Shown: positions 19,366 through 29,094 of the stretch, in pieces
How positions within the stretch are numbered: position 1 is the first letter of the stretch
Layout: each line of letters opens with the position of its first letter
Notes under the pieces: model-generated
Databases searched by the model: none
What the model was told of the DNA's origin: nothing
Seen by the model: only the letters and a program-made list of their open reading frames with translations
Program-made: the position numbers and the translations under genes
From: an uncultured delta proteobacterium
GTDB taxonomy: Bacteria > Desulfobacterota > Desulfobaccia > Desulfobaccales > 0-14-0-80-60-11
Assembly (NCBI GenBank): GCA_963812015.1
Contig: CAWETI010000003.1
Span: forward strand, 288,001-352,000
Length of the DNA: 64,000 nucleotides
Direction of reading: 5' to 3'

Positions 19366-21882
19366 ATGGATAGCTTACCGGCGAAAATCTCACCCCAGGG
19401 ATACGTGGTAATCCACGGCCATTTTTATCAACCCCCCCGGGAAAATCCCTGGATCGAGCAGATCGAAGTGGAGCCCAGCGCCTTTCCCTTCCACGACTGG
19501 AATGCCCGCATCACTGCCGAGTGTTATCGCCCCAACGGCGTGGCCCGGGTCTACGACGGCCAGGGCCGTATCCTGGATATTGTCAATAACTATCAGCATG
19601 TTAGCTTTAATTTCGGCCCCACCCTGATCAGTTGGCTCAAGGGGCAGGCGTCGAACACCTATGCCAAGATCCTGGAGGCCGATGCCCAGAGTCTGGCGGC
19701 CCTGGGGCACGGCAACGCCATCGCCCAGGCCTACAACCATGCCATCCTGCCCCTGTCCAAGCCCCGGGACCGGGAGACCCAGGTCATCTGGGGCCTCAAG
19801 GACTTCGAGCACCGGTTCCGGCGGCCGGCCGCGGCTATGTGGCTACCGGAGACCGCGGTGAATTATCCCACCCTGGCCACCCTGGTGGATCACGGCATGA
19901 AGTTCGTGCTCCTGTCCCCTTACCAGGCCAAGCGGGTGCGCCCCCTGGCCGGCGGGGAGTGGACTCCGGTAGCGGGGAGCCTGGATACCACCCAGGCATA
20001 CCGCTGTTATTTGCCCGAGAGCGCCGGTGACATCAGGAAGCGGCGCTTTATTGACGTCTTTTTCTATAACGGCGAAGTGGCCGCGGATATCAGTTTCGGG
20101 GACCTGCTCACCGACAGCCACCGCCTGACGGCCCGGCTGGTGGACGGTTTTGTCCCGGCCCGCCAGCGTCCGCAGCTCCTGCACGTGGCCACCGACGGGG
20201 AGAATTACGGGCACCACAAGAAATTCGGCGAGCTGGCCCTGGCCCATGCCCTGACCCAGGTGCTGCCCCAGAAGGGGTTTCAGGTCACCAATTACGCCGC
20301 GTTTTTGGAGCTGGCGCCGCCCAAAATGGAGGTGGAACTCTCCCTGGGGGCCCAGGGCGAAGGCAGTTCCTGGAGCTGCGCCCACGGGGTGGGGCGCTGG
20401 AAGGAGAACTGCGGCTGTTCCACCGGGGGCCAACCCACCTGGAATCAGCGCTGGCGGGCCCCACTGCGGGAGTCCTTTGATTTTTTGAATGAGAAACTGG
20501 CGGGCATCTTCGAGGACCAGGGCCAGAAGTACTTCCAGGACCCCTGGCAGGCCCGCAACGCTTACGTGGACGTCTTTTTCGACCGCAGCGCCGATGTGCT
20601 GGAGGGCTTTTTCGCCAAGCAGGGCAGGCCCAACCTGACGGAAGACGACCGGGTGGCGGCCTTAAAACTCCTGGAAATGGAGCGCCACTCCCTGCTCATG
20701 TATACCAGTTGCGGCTGGTTCTTTGCCGATATCTCAGGGCTGGAGTCCTTGCAGGTAATCAAGTACGCCGCCAGGGCCCTGCAATTGGGCCAGCATTTTA
20801 CCTCCGAGTCCCTGGAGCCCCCCTTTCTGAAAATCCTGGAGCGGGCGGTGAGCAATATTCCCAAGGAGGGGAACGGCCTCACCATTTATCAGCAGCGGAT
20901 CAAACCCGCGGTGGTGGACTATCCCAAGGTGGCCAACCAGTGGGTGATTTCCTGGCTCAAAGACCGGAAGCGCCAGTGTCCCCACCACATTTACCAATAC
21001 CGGGCTGAAGCCATGGACCTGGAGGAGAAGACCCAGGGCTCGCTCCTGTTCGCCGCCGGGCGTTTGCACCTGACGTCGGGCATCACCCGGGAAAAGCGGA
21101 CTCTGGCGTTTTTCACCGCGTTTTTGGGCAGCTATCTCTACCGCACCCAGGTACAGACCCACCCTGCCCCCCAGGAGTTTCTCACCTTGCGTAATGAATT
21201 CTTCCGGGTCCTGGAAGAGACCCCGGAGGATTTGATCCCCCTTATGGTCCGGCGTCTGGGGGAAACCTATTACAGCATCCATGATGTGTTCCAGGAAGAG
21301 AAACTCCAGGTCTTTCACGACTTGTTGCGCCACAACCGGGAAGAGGCGGTGGAACAGGTGGCCCATAGTTTTGAAGAAACTCGGCCCTTGCTCAAGGCCA
21401 TGGCGGTTGAAGGCCTGCCGGTGCCGCGCCTGTACCGGGCCCTGGGCGAAATTACCCTGAACCGGCGGCTGGTGGAGCTCTTGCGCCGCATGGAGCCGGA
21501 GCCGGCTTCTTTGGCCACCTCCGAGGAGATTCTGGCGGTAATCCAGGATGCCCAGCTTATGGGGTTGAAACTGGAGACCCATGAGGGGGCCGAAATCCTG
21601 GGGCGCATCCTCCACCAACACCTCCTGGACCTGGCCGACGCCTTCCAGACGGAAACCGTGACCCGCCTGGACGACTTTTTGAGTTTCGTGGGGCGGATAC
21701 CCCTTACCCTGGAACTCACCGAGGCCCAGAATTTCCTCTTTGCCCTGATGCAGGACCGTTTCCCGGCGGTGGCGGCCCGGGCGGGCCAGGACCCGACCGC
21801 CCAGAACCTGGCCAAACAGCTGGTGGCCTTGATGGAGACCGTGCACTTCAGTCCGATGCGCTATCTGAAATTGTTGGCGTAA
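19366..21882 (+). CDS. Glycoside hydrolase family 57 protein with DUF3536 domain
   Basis: IHGHFYQPPRENPW, MWLPETA, ATDGENYGHH, SWSCAHGVGRW, MYTSCGWFF. Confidence 0.9.
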   Translation: MDSLPAKISPQGYVVIHGHFYQPPRENPWIEQIEVEPSAFPFHDWNARITAECYRPNGVARVYDGQGRILDIVNNYQHVSFNFGPTLISWLKGQASNTYAKILEADAQSLAALGHGNAIAQAYNHAILPLSKPRDRETQVIWGLKDFEHRFRRPAAAMWLPETAVNYPTLATLVDHGMKFVLLSPYQAKRVRPLAGGEWTPVAGSLDTTQAYRCYLPESAGDIRKRRFIDVFFYNGEVAADISFGDLLTDSHRLTARLVDGFVPARQRPQLLHVATDGENYGHHKKFGELALAHALTQVLPQKGFQVTNYAAFLELAPPKMEVELSLGAQGEGSSWSCAHGVGRWKENCGCSTGGQPTWNQRWRAPLRESFDFLNEKLAGIFEDQGQKYFQDPWQARNAYVDVFFDRSADVLEGFFAKQGRPNLTEDDRVAALKLLEMERHSLLMYTSCGWFFADISGLESLQVIKYAARALQLGQHFTSESLEPPFLKILERAVSNIPKEGNGLTIYQQRIKPAVVDYPKVANQWVISWLKDRKRQCPHHIYQYRAEAMDLEEKTQGSLLFAAGRLHLTSGITREKRTLAFFTAFLGSYLYRTQVQTHPAPQEFLTLRNEFFRVLEETPEDLIPLMVRRLGETYYSIHDVFQEEKLQVFHDLLRHNREEAVEQVAHSFEETRPLLKAMAVEGLPVPRLYRALGEITLNRRLVELLRRMEPEPASLATSEEILAVIQDAQLMGLKLETHEGAEILGRILHQHLLDLADAFQTETVTRLDDFLSFVGRIPLTLELTEAQNFLFALMQDRFPAVAARAGQDPTAQNLAKQLVALMETVHFSPMRYLKLLA

Positions 21883-22055
21883 GCCTGGGTGAGCCTGGCG
21901 GAAGCGTCACCTTTTCCCCAGGCCCGGGGCCGGTGCCGCTCAATGAGATTTTTTTGTTAAATCTAAACCAATTCTGGTTGTTGATCTGATCCTTAGGATA
22001 TTTCAAGCTGTTATCGCAAACTGAGCCGGATTAAAGTTTAATTTCAGGATTTCCC

Positions 22056-22661
22056 ATGGGAGGCAGTATGAGTCCGCTGGCGCGACTTGGGAGGATGGTT
22101 GAGGAATCCATACGCCTCAAAGACCGGTTTTTTACCGAGCACGGGGAAAAAGTTTTGGTGGCAGCCCAATTGCTGGTCGAGGTGTTCCAGACCGGAGGCC
22201 GGGTGCTGATTTTCGGCAACGGCGGCTCCGCCGCGGACGCCCAGCACCTGGCGGCGGAGTTCGTCAACCGGTTCCAGGTGGAGCGGCCGCCCCTGGCCGC
22301 CCTGGCCCTGACCACCGACACCTCGATCCTCACCGCGGTGGGCAACGACTATGATTTCCGGGAGATTTTCGCCAAGCAGGTGAGGGCCTTGGGAAGGCTC
22401 GGCGACCTGGCCTGGGGCATCAGCACCAGCGGCAACTCTCCCAACGTGGTGGCGGGGCTTACTACGGCCCGGGAGTTGGGTTTGAGAACCCTGGCCTTGA
22501 GCGGCGGTGAGGGCGGGCCGGTGGCCGCCGCCGCGGAGATGGCCCTCATCGTGCCCTCCCGCACCACCCCCCGGGTCCAGGAAGTCCATATCACCCTGGG
22601 CCACGCGCTCTGCGACCTGGTTGATTACCTGTTGTTCCCGGAAAAATTCGCGGGAGAGTAA
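22056..22661 (+). CDS. gmhA: D-sedoheptulose 7-phosphate isomerase
   Basis: FGNGGSAADAQHLAAE, TAVGNDY, ISTSGNS, VQEVH. Confidence 0.95.
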   Translation: MGGSMSPLARLGRMVEESIRLKDRFFTEHGEKVLVAAQLLVEVFQTGGRVLIFGNGGSAADAQHLAAEFVNRFQVERPPLAALALTTDTSILTAVGNDYDFREIFAKQVRALGRLGDLAWGISTSGNSPNVVAGLTTARELGLRTLALSGGEGGPVAAAAEMALIVPSRTTPRVQEVHITLGHALCDLVDYLLFPEKFAGE

Positions 22662-22748
22662 TTCAATGGAAGGCAGGCGCCCCCGCCTGTCGAGGAACCG
22701 CCGGGGGCGGCGATTCTCCATTTCTTCTCAGGAAATGCCGGAGGCCGG

Positions 22749-23699
22749 ATGAAAAAGCTCGAGCCCCTTTCCCTGGATGGCATCAAGACGTATAGTTTGA
22801 CTGAGCGGCATTCCAAGGTAAGCCGCCAGGACTTCGGCCAGCCCTGGGCGCCGGGGGGCAGCCTCCGGGAGTTCGTGGCCCGTTTGCCCCGGATCCTGGC
22901 CGGCGAGGCCTTGCGGGAGGTAGCCGCGGCCTGGGTGAAGGCCAGGAAGCATGGCCGCCCGGTGCTCCTGGGCATGGGGGCCCATCCCATCAAGGTGGGG
23001 TTGAGTCCCATTCTCATCGACCTCTTGAAACGGGGCCTCCTCACCGGCCTGGCCTTAAACGGTGCCGGCATCATTCACGACGCCGAGGTGGCCATGGTGG
23101 GCCGCACCTCCGAAGACGTGGACGAGGTCCTGGGTTGCGGGCAGTTCGGCATGGCCCGGGAGACCGCCGAATTTTTGAACGGCGCCATTGCCTGGGGGGC
23201 CAAGCAAGGTTTGGGCCTGGGGCAGGCGGTGGGCCGCCGGCTGTTGGAGAGCAATTTCCCCCACCAGGACCTGAGCCTGGTGGCCGCGGCCGCGGCCCTG
23301 GAAGTCCCCCTGACGGTGCACGTGGCGGTGGGGACCGACATTATCCACCTCCACCCCTCGATTGACCCGGAAGCCCTGGGGGCCGCCACCCACCGAGACT
23401 TTCGCCTCTTTGCGGCCCTGGTCAGCGAGCTCGACGACGGGGTCTTTGTCAACCTGGGCTCCGCGGTGATCATCCCGGAGGTCTTCCTGAAGGCCCTGAC
23501 CCTGGCCCGCAACCTGGGGCATCCGGTCGCGCCCCTGACCACGGTGAACCTGGACTTCGTGCAGCATTACCGGCCGCTCACCAATGTGGTGCGGCGCCCC
23601 ACCGCCGGGGTGGGGCGTGGGTTTGCCTTGACCGGCCACCACGAGCTGCTGTTCCCGATGCTTGCGGCCCTGGTGGCGGAAGAGATGGAGGAGGCGTGA
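22749..23699 (+). CDS. Conserved hypothetical protein, deoxyhypusine-synthase-like fold (tentative)
   Basis: MGAHPIKVG, TVHVAVGTDIIH, NLGSAVIIPEVFLKAL, TGHHE. Confidence 0.65.
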   Translation: MKKLEPLSLDGIKTYSLTERHSKVSRQDFGQPWAPGGSLREFVARLPRILAGEALREVAAAWVKARKHGRPVLLGMGAHPIKVGLSPILIDLLKRGLLTGLALNGAGIIHDAEVAMVGRTSEDVDEVLGCGQFGMARETAEFLNGAIAWGAKQGLGLGQAVGRRLLESNFPHQDLSLVAAAAALEVPLTVHVAVGTDIIHLHPSIDPEALGAATHRDFRLFAALVSELDDGVFVNLGSAVIIPEVFLKALTLARNLGHPVAPLTTVNLDFVQHYRPLTNVVRRPTAGVGRGFALTGHHELLFPMLAALVAEEMEEA

Positions 23700-24076
23700 T
23701 GTCCACGGAAATTGTGGTCGTGGTTGACGATATGCGGCTCAACGGTTACCTGGATGATTCCCCCACCGCCCAGGCCCTGGCGGACGCCCTGCCCATTGAG
23801 GGCCAGGCCCAGCTTTGGGGCGACGAGATCTATTTTCCGGTCCCCCGGATGGTGGCGGAGCTGGATGACACCGCGGCAGTGGTGGTGAACGTCGGAGACC
23901 TGGGCTACTGGCCCAGGGGAAGGGCATTGTGCCTGTTCTTCGGCTTGACCCCCAACAGCATCCCCGGGGAAATTCGCCCGGCCAGCGCCGTGAACCTGGT
24001 GGGGCGGGTCACGGATGATCCCTGCTGCCTCAAGCTGGTGAAAGAGGGCGCGCCGGTGCGGATTGAAAAAAAATAG
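23696..24076 (+). CDS. Cyclophilin-like fold protein
   Basis: SPTAQALADALP...WGDEIYF...GDLGYWP...ALCLFFG...ASAVNLVG. Confidence 0.85.
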   Translation: MMSTEIVVVVDDMRLNGYLDDSPTAQALADALPIEGQAQLWGDEIYFPVPRMVAELDDTAAVVVNVGDLGYWPRGRALCLFFGLTPNSIPGEIRPASAVNLVGRVTDDPCCLKLVKEGAPVRIEKK

Positions 24077-24089
24077 GGTAAAATAATTA

Positions 24090-24225
24090 TTGGGAGAGGG
24101 GGGCAAGGATTTTTCGTAAGCGCATTTTCCCCCTCCCCCAAACCCTTACCGGGGGTTGGGGAGAGGAATTTGAGGCGAGGGCAAAGCAATCACGCACAAC
24201 CAATTCTTCCGGCCCGCTCCTCACC
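24090..24225. repeat. REP-like repeat, family A
   Basis: gggagagggggg...ccctcccccaaacccttaccgggggttggggagagg. Confidence 0.65.
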
Positions 24226-24250
24226 ATGACTATCAAGGAGACTTTTGGTA

Positions 24251-24475
24251 ATGCCCATTTTTGAATTTCACTGCAATAGCTGTAACCAGGATTTCGAGAA
24301 GCTGGTCTTCGGGGCCGACCCTGGGGTGGAGTGTCCCCATTGCGGCCAAACCAAGGTGGAAAAGTTAATGAGCGCCTGTACCGCCAAGGTGGGGGGCAAG
24401 TTAACCTCCACCTCCAGCGGCAGTCAAAGTTCCTGCGCCGGCTGTTCCTCGGGTTCCTGCAGCACCTGCGGTTAA
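24251..24475 (+). CDS. FmdB-family zinc ribbon protein
   Basis: MPIFEFHCNSC...CPHCG...KLMS, Cys-rich tail CAGCSSGSCSTCG. Confidence 0.9.
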   Translation: MPIFEFHCNSCNQDFEKLVFGADPGVECPHCGQTKVEKLMSACTAKVGGKLTSTSSGSQSSCAGCSSGSCSTCG

Positions 24476-24481
24476 GCGATC

Positions 24482-25414
24482 TTGCCCACGGATATCAAAA
24501 TCGGCACCCGGGGCAGCGCCCTGGCACTGGCCCAGTCCCGGTGGGTGGCGGCTCAGCTCTCCGGGAGCGATCCCGGCTGCCGGGTGGAATTGATCATCAT
24601 CAAGACCACCGGGGATAAGGTGCAAGACGTCCCCTTGGCCCAGATCGGGGGCAAGGGTCTGTTCATCAAGGAGATTGAAGAAGCGCTCCTGAGGGGCCAG
24701 GTGGATCTGGCGGTGCACAGCCTCAAGGATATGCCGGCGGAGGTGCCGGCAGGCCTGATGCTGGGGGCGGTGCCGCCCCGGGAAGATTGCCGGGATGCCT
24801 TCATCTCTTCCCGCTATGCCAGCCTGGTGGAAATTCCCTCCGGGGGCCGGGTCGGCACCGGCAGTCTCCGGCGTCGGGTGCAACTGCTGCATCGGCGGCC
24901 CGACCTGGAAGTAGTGCCCCTGAGAGGCAACGTGGATACCCGCCTGAAAAAGATGGAGGACTTAAATCTGGATGGACTTATCCTGGCCGCAGCCGGGCTT
25001 AATCGGCTGGGGTTGGGTCATATTTACCGCGGGTGCGTGCCCGAATCGGACATGCTGCCGGCCGTGGGCCAGGGAGCCCTGGGCCTGGAGGTGCGCACCG
25101 AGGACCATGGCCTCCGGGAACGGCTGGCGTTTCTGGATGATGCGCCCACCCGCCTGGCGGTGACCGCAGAGCGGGCCTTTCTGGCCCGGCTGGAGGGGGG
25201 GTGCGTGGTGCCGGTGGCGGCCCTGGGGCGGGTGGCAGGGGACTCTCTCCATCTGGAGGCCCTGATCAGCGATCTGGAAGGACGCCGCCTCCTGAAGGAT
25301 CAAAGGTCCGGCCCCGTGGCTGAAGCGGTCAGTTTGGGAATCAGCCTGGCCGAAACTTTGTTGGCCCAGGGCGGGGCGGAAATCTTATCCGCACTGTATG
25401 GGAGGCCGGTTTAA
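24482..25414 (+). CDS. hemC: Hydroxymethylbilane synthase
   Basis: IGTRGSALALAQ, GGKGLFIKE, AVHSLKD, LRGNVDTR, LEGGC. Confidence 0.97.
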   Translation: MPTDIKIGTRGSALALAQSRWVAAQLSGSDPGCRVELIIIKTTGDKVQDVPLAQIGGKGLFIKEIEEALLRGQVDLAVHSLKDMPAEVPAGLMLGAVPPREDCRDAFISSRYASLVEIPSGGRVGTGSLRRRVQLLHRRPDLEVVPLRGNVDTRLKKMEDLNLDGLILAAAGLNRLGLGHIYRGCVPESDMLPAVGQGALGLEVRTEDHGLRERLAFLDDAPTRLAVTAERAFLARLEGGCVVPVAALGRVAGDSLHLEALISDLEGRRLLKDQRSGPVAEAVSLGISLAETLLAQGGAEILSALYGRPV

Positions 25415-25428
25415 CTTTAAGAATTACC

Positions 25429-25457
25429 TTGACATTCTTGATATTCTGCTATATAGT
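25429..25457 (+). promoter_or_regulatory. Sigma70-type promoter
   Basis: TTGACA-17 nt-TATAGT, 45 nt upstream of ORF 25503. Confidence 0.65.
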
Positions 25458-25502
25458 AACTCAACGAAAATGGTCAGTTGGTGAAATCGGGGGATTCCAG
25501 CA

Positions 25503-26102
25503 ATGCGGGCGAGAAGGGGGATAGCCTGGCTGGCGGCAGCTTTTTGGCTGGTCGTGGGGATATGCGCCCCGATGACTGGGCTGGCTGCCGTTGATAATCC
25601 TTATACCCTCCCCATTCTTAACGTAGGGGCGCCGGGTTCCCTCGAAACCCAGATGCTGGGTGAACAACCTCTTAAGCCCGCCACCCCTCGTCTTCCCGGC
25701 GCTCAAGGGCTGCCGTCTTTGCAGCTTTATCAAAATGGTGGAGACGCCCGAGTCAGTCTGCCTCTCAACACGGAGATGCATATCTCCATTCGCTATAATC
25801 GAGACCCAAACCCGGCAGAACCGCAGCGGCTCAACGACTCACCGCTTTACATGAAATATGCCGTGGACTACCGCCTGCTGTCTAACCTCCGGGTGGGGCT
25901 GAACAGCTATCTGTACCGTCCTGCCGAAGATGGCTTTGCCTTCCAACGCCCCATGGCTAATCAGCTCCTGGGGGTTGGTCCGGAAATCAAATACGACCTG
26001 GGACGGTGGAGTTTCCTCTTAAAGAGCCAGATGGAGGCCGGCAGTAATCGGGACCAGGGCAAAGACCTGCAAAACTGGTTCCGGGTTTGGTACGCCTTCT
26101 AG
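25503..26102 (+). CDS. Secreted or outer-membrane protein (short beta-barrel-like)
   Basis: Signal peptide, amphipathic beta-strands, terminal aromatic signature WFRVWYAF. Confidence 0.6.
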   Translation: MRARRGIAWLAAAFWLVVGICAPMTGLAAVDNPYTLPILNVGAPGSLETQMLGEQPLKPATPRLPGAQGLPSLQLYQNGGDARVSLPLNTEMHISIRYNRDPNPAEPQRLNDSPLYMKYAVDYRLLSNLRVGLNSYLYRPAEDGFAFQRPMANQLLGVGPEIKYDLGRWSFLLKSQMEAGSNRDQGKDLQNWFRVWYAF

Positions 26103-26210
26103 TGGATTGTTCCGCAATCAGCTCCCCTCATAAAACGGCCTTTTGATAGTTAAAATGCGGTTAATTAAGAACCATACAAATAATTTCTGCCCGCTGATCC
26201 CCCTGTCTTC

Positions 26211-26909
26211 GTGCGTTTTTTTGCGTCTTTGATCCCCGCCCGCTTTCTGGAGCGCCGCCAACGTTTCCTGGCCCTGGTGGAGTTGCCGGACCACCGGCGC
26301 GTCTGGGTCCATGTGCCGAATACCGGCGCCTTAACCGGCTGTGCCGATCCCGGCCAGGAGATCTTGCTTACCTTTGACCCGCGCCCGGGGCGCAAAACCG
26401 ACTATACCTGGCGCTTTGTCCGGGGTCCCGAGGGGTGGATTTGTATCGATACCCTGGTCCCCAACCGCCTGGTGGCGGAGGCCCTGGCCGGCGACGGCCT
26501 GCCGGGCTTGCCTGCGGCCCACCAGGTGCGGGCCGAAGTTTCCATCTCCCAGGGCAGCCGCCTGGATTTTGTCCTGAAGGTGAAAGGTGGGCTCCTATTC
26601 ATGGAGGTCAAGAGCGTCACCTGGGTGGAAGACGGGGTGGCTCTCTTTCCTGACGGGGTGACGAGCCGGGGGCGGCGCCATCTGGAGCACCTGAGCGACC
26701 TGGCGCGCCAGGGGCACCAGGCCTGGAACGTCTTCGTGGTCCAGCGCCAAGACGCCCACCGGTTGCGCCCCGCCGCGGCCATCGATCCGGCCTATGCTCG
26801 GCAACTGGCCGCCGTGGCCGCTCAAGGCGTGAATATCCTGGTGCTCCAAGAAAAAGTTCAGCCCCCGGAAATTACCCTTGCATCCATCCTCCCCTTTGAT
26901 TTAACATAA
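26211..26909 (+). CDS. sfsA: DNA/RNA nuclease SfsA
   Basis: HVPNTG, SRLDF, FMEVKSVT, FPDGVTSRGRRHL, IDPAY. Confidence 0.92.
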   Translation: MRFFASLIPARFLERRQRFLALVELPDHRRVWVHVPNTGALTGCADPGQEILLTFDPRPGRKTDYTWRFVRGPEGWICIDTLVPNRLVAEALAGDGLPGLPAAHQVRAEVSISQGSRLDFVLKVKGGLLFMEVKSVTWVEDGVALFPDGVTSRGRRHLEHLSDLARQGHQAWNVFVVQRQDAHRLRPAAAIDPAYARQLAAVAAQGVNILVLQEKVQPPEITLASILPFDLT

Positions 26910-26965
26910 ATTGCTTGAAACAAATCTCTCACAGAATCCTCACGAGACCTGAATCGAGTTGATCT

Positions 26966-27928
26966 ATGAATGCGGCGCTTAATAACAATATCCGGATCTT
27001 TTCGGGCAACTCCACCCCCGAGCTGGCCCACAAAATCTGCGACCACCTCTCCCTGCCCCTGGGGCAGGCCATGGTCAGCACCTTCAGCGACGGGGAAATC
27101 CGGGTGGAAATTGCCGATAATGTCAGGGGCCGGGACGTTTTCCTGATCCAGTCCACCTGTCCTCCCACCAACCACAACCTGATGGAATTGCTGATTATGA
27201 TCGACGCGGTGAAGCGGGCTTCGGCCCGGCGCATCACCGCAGTCATCCCCTATTTCGGCTATGCCCGCCAGGACCGCAAGGTGGCTCCCCGGGTGCCTAT
27301 CACCGCCAAGCTGGTGGCCGACCTCCTGTCCACCGCCGGGGCCCAGCGCGTTCTCACCATGGACCTGCACGTCGGGCAGATCCAGGGTTTTTTCGATATC
27401 CCGGTGGACAACCTCTACGCCTCTCCCGTCATGATTCCCTATATCCGGGAAAATTTTCAGGACGATCTGGCCATTGTGTCGCCGGATGCCGGGGGGGTGC
27501 CCCGGGCCCGGGCCTATGCCAAACGCCTGACCGCCACCTTGGGGTTGATCGATAAGCGCCGGGACGCCCCGGGCAAGGCCAAGGCCATGAATCTCATCGG
27601 CGAGGTCATGGGCAAGGACGTGGTCATTTTGGACGATATCATCGACACCGGCGGCACCTTGAGCGAAGCGGCCGGGGTCATCATCCAGCAGGGCGCCCGC
27701 AACGTCAACGCCTGCTGCACCCATGCCGTGCTCTCCGGGCCGGCGGTGGATCGGGTGGCAAATTCTCCCCTGCACCGCCTGGTGGTCACCGATACCATTC
27801 CCTTGAGCGAGGCGGCCAAAAAGTGCCCCAAGATCGTGCCACTCCCGGTGGCGCCCCTCCTGGCCCAGGCCATTGTGCGCATCCACCAGGAAGACTCCGT
27901 CAGCTCCCTGTTTGAGATTCAATTCTGA
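26966..27928 (+). CDS. prs: Ribose-phosphate pyrophosphokinase
   Basis: [37 protein letters not shown]. Confidence 0.97.
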   Translation: MNAALNNNIRIFSGNSTPELAHKICDHLSLPLGQAMVSTFSDGEIRVEIADNVRGRDVFLIQSTCPPTNHNLMELLIMIDAVKRASARRITAVIPYFGYARQDRKVAPRVPITAKLVADLLSTAGAQRVLTMDLHVGQIQGFFDIPVDNLYASPVMIPYIRENFQDDLAIVSPDAGGVPRARAYAKRLTATLGLIDKRRDAPGKAKAMNLIGEVMGKDVVILDDIIDTGGTLSEAAGVIIQQGARNVNACCTHAVLSGPAVDRVANSPLHRLVVTDTIPLSEAAKKCPKIVPLPVAPLLAQAIVRIHQEDSVSSLFEIQF

Positions 27929-28111
27929 GGATAGTGGGGGAAGGAAGGGCCAGGGACCGTCTAAGGCGTGAACCCGATAAAGGAAAGAGGGGCCAACGGC
28001 CCCTCTTCGTTTTTTTCGTGCCGCGTCTGGGGAAGGCAACGGCTAACCCCGGTACGCGAGATTTTTTACGACTACTTCACTGTTTCAGGAGTTGAGGCCC
28101 CCTGGTTCCTG

Positions 28112-28762
28112 TCACGCCGGTTTCGGTTCCTCTCCCTCCGGTTCCTTCGGTTCCTCTTCCTCCGGTTCCCGCGGTTTCGGCGCCTTTCCCTCTTTGCCCT
28201 TTTCTTCCGCACTTCGCCCGCCAAAGTAAAACCCGGTGATGGAGGCTAAGGTTGCACCGAGCATACTCAGGACATTACTGATAATTTTCATGGATTCCTG
28301 GTCTTTGCAAAAAGTTAATAAATGAAACATGGCGATGCCCAATATGATGATGACCGCAAAGGCCATCAAGGACCGGGACATCCCGGCAATCCCCGGAGGC
28401 CCTCCTGAGGTTGCCTTGATTAAGCCCTGGAATTCATCTTTGTCCAAACCGTTTAGACTTGCTTTCTCAATCAAGATTCGCCAATTTTTATTGCGGGAGC
28501 GATATGCCAGGATGACGTCGATAATGGTGGGAATCGCAATAAAGAGCGCCAAAATGAGGGCATAGTAAAATATGACGTCGGGATCCTTTTTGGGAACGGG
28601 GGGTGTCTGCCCGGTCTGCCCTTGCTTCTCACCCTGGGTCTGAACTTGAGTTCCCGTTTCCCCTGGATTAGCACTAAAAGCTTGATTCGCACTGGAAACC
28701 GCCAGTACCGCCACCATGGCCAGACACAAGAACAGCCAATAGGATTTCTTCCTCAACTTCAT
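28112..28762 (-). CDS. Hypothetical membrane protein with signal peptide and Glu/Pro-rich repeat tail
   Basis: RBS GAGGA, three TM segments, GFYFGG, tail EPEEEEPKEPEGEEPKPA. Confidence 0.7.
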   Translation of the reverse strand: MKLRKKSYWLFLCLAMVAVLAVSSANQAFSANPGETGTQVQTQGEKQGQTGQTPPVPKKDPDVIFYYALILALFIAIPTIIDVILAYRSRNKNWRILIEKASLNGLDKDEFQGLIKATSGGPPGIAGMSRSLMAFAVIIILGIAMFHLLTFCKDQESMKIISNVLSMLGATLASITGFYFGGRSAEEKGKEGKAPKPREPEEEEPKEPEGEEPKPA

Positions 28763-29094
28763 GGCATTTTCCTCCTTGAGTATGCTTTCCTCGACTCCGG
28801 CTCTCCTGAGCCGGTCCCTGCGGCATGGCAGGGAGTGCGGCCTGCCACCGTTGTCAGCAATACTAATGAAAAAACTGCATAGATTTTTCTATGGAATACT
28901 TTACAGTAAAAGTCAAGGGAATTATGGCCGGTATTTGGGGGCAGTGCCAGGGGGCATCAATCTTTGGCAGGGGCGAGGGTCACCAGGCCCGCAGGGGGAA
29001 AAGGGAAAACTCCCGGATAGGGGATGGGTAGACCCCTAGTAAGATAAGACTGGGGGATGGGGCGGCCTGAGCCTGAAGCCCCTCCCCCCGAACT

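Noticed and set aside
28112..28185. Periodic ggttc repeats resembling a short array
   Set aside because: They encode the EPEEEEPKEPEGEEPK tail of the minus-strand protein; no spacer structure, so not CRISPR
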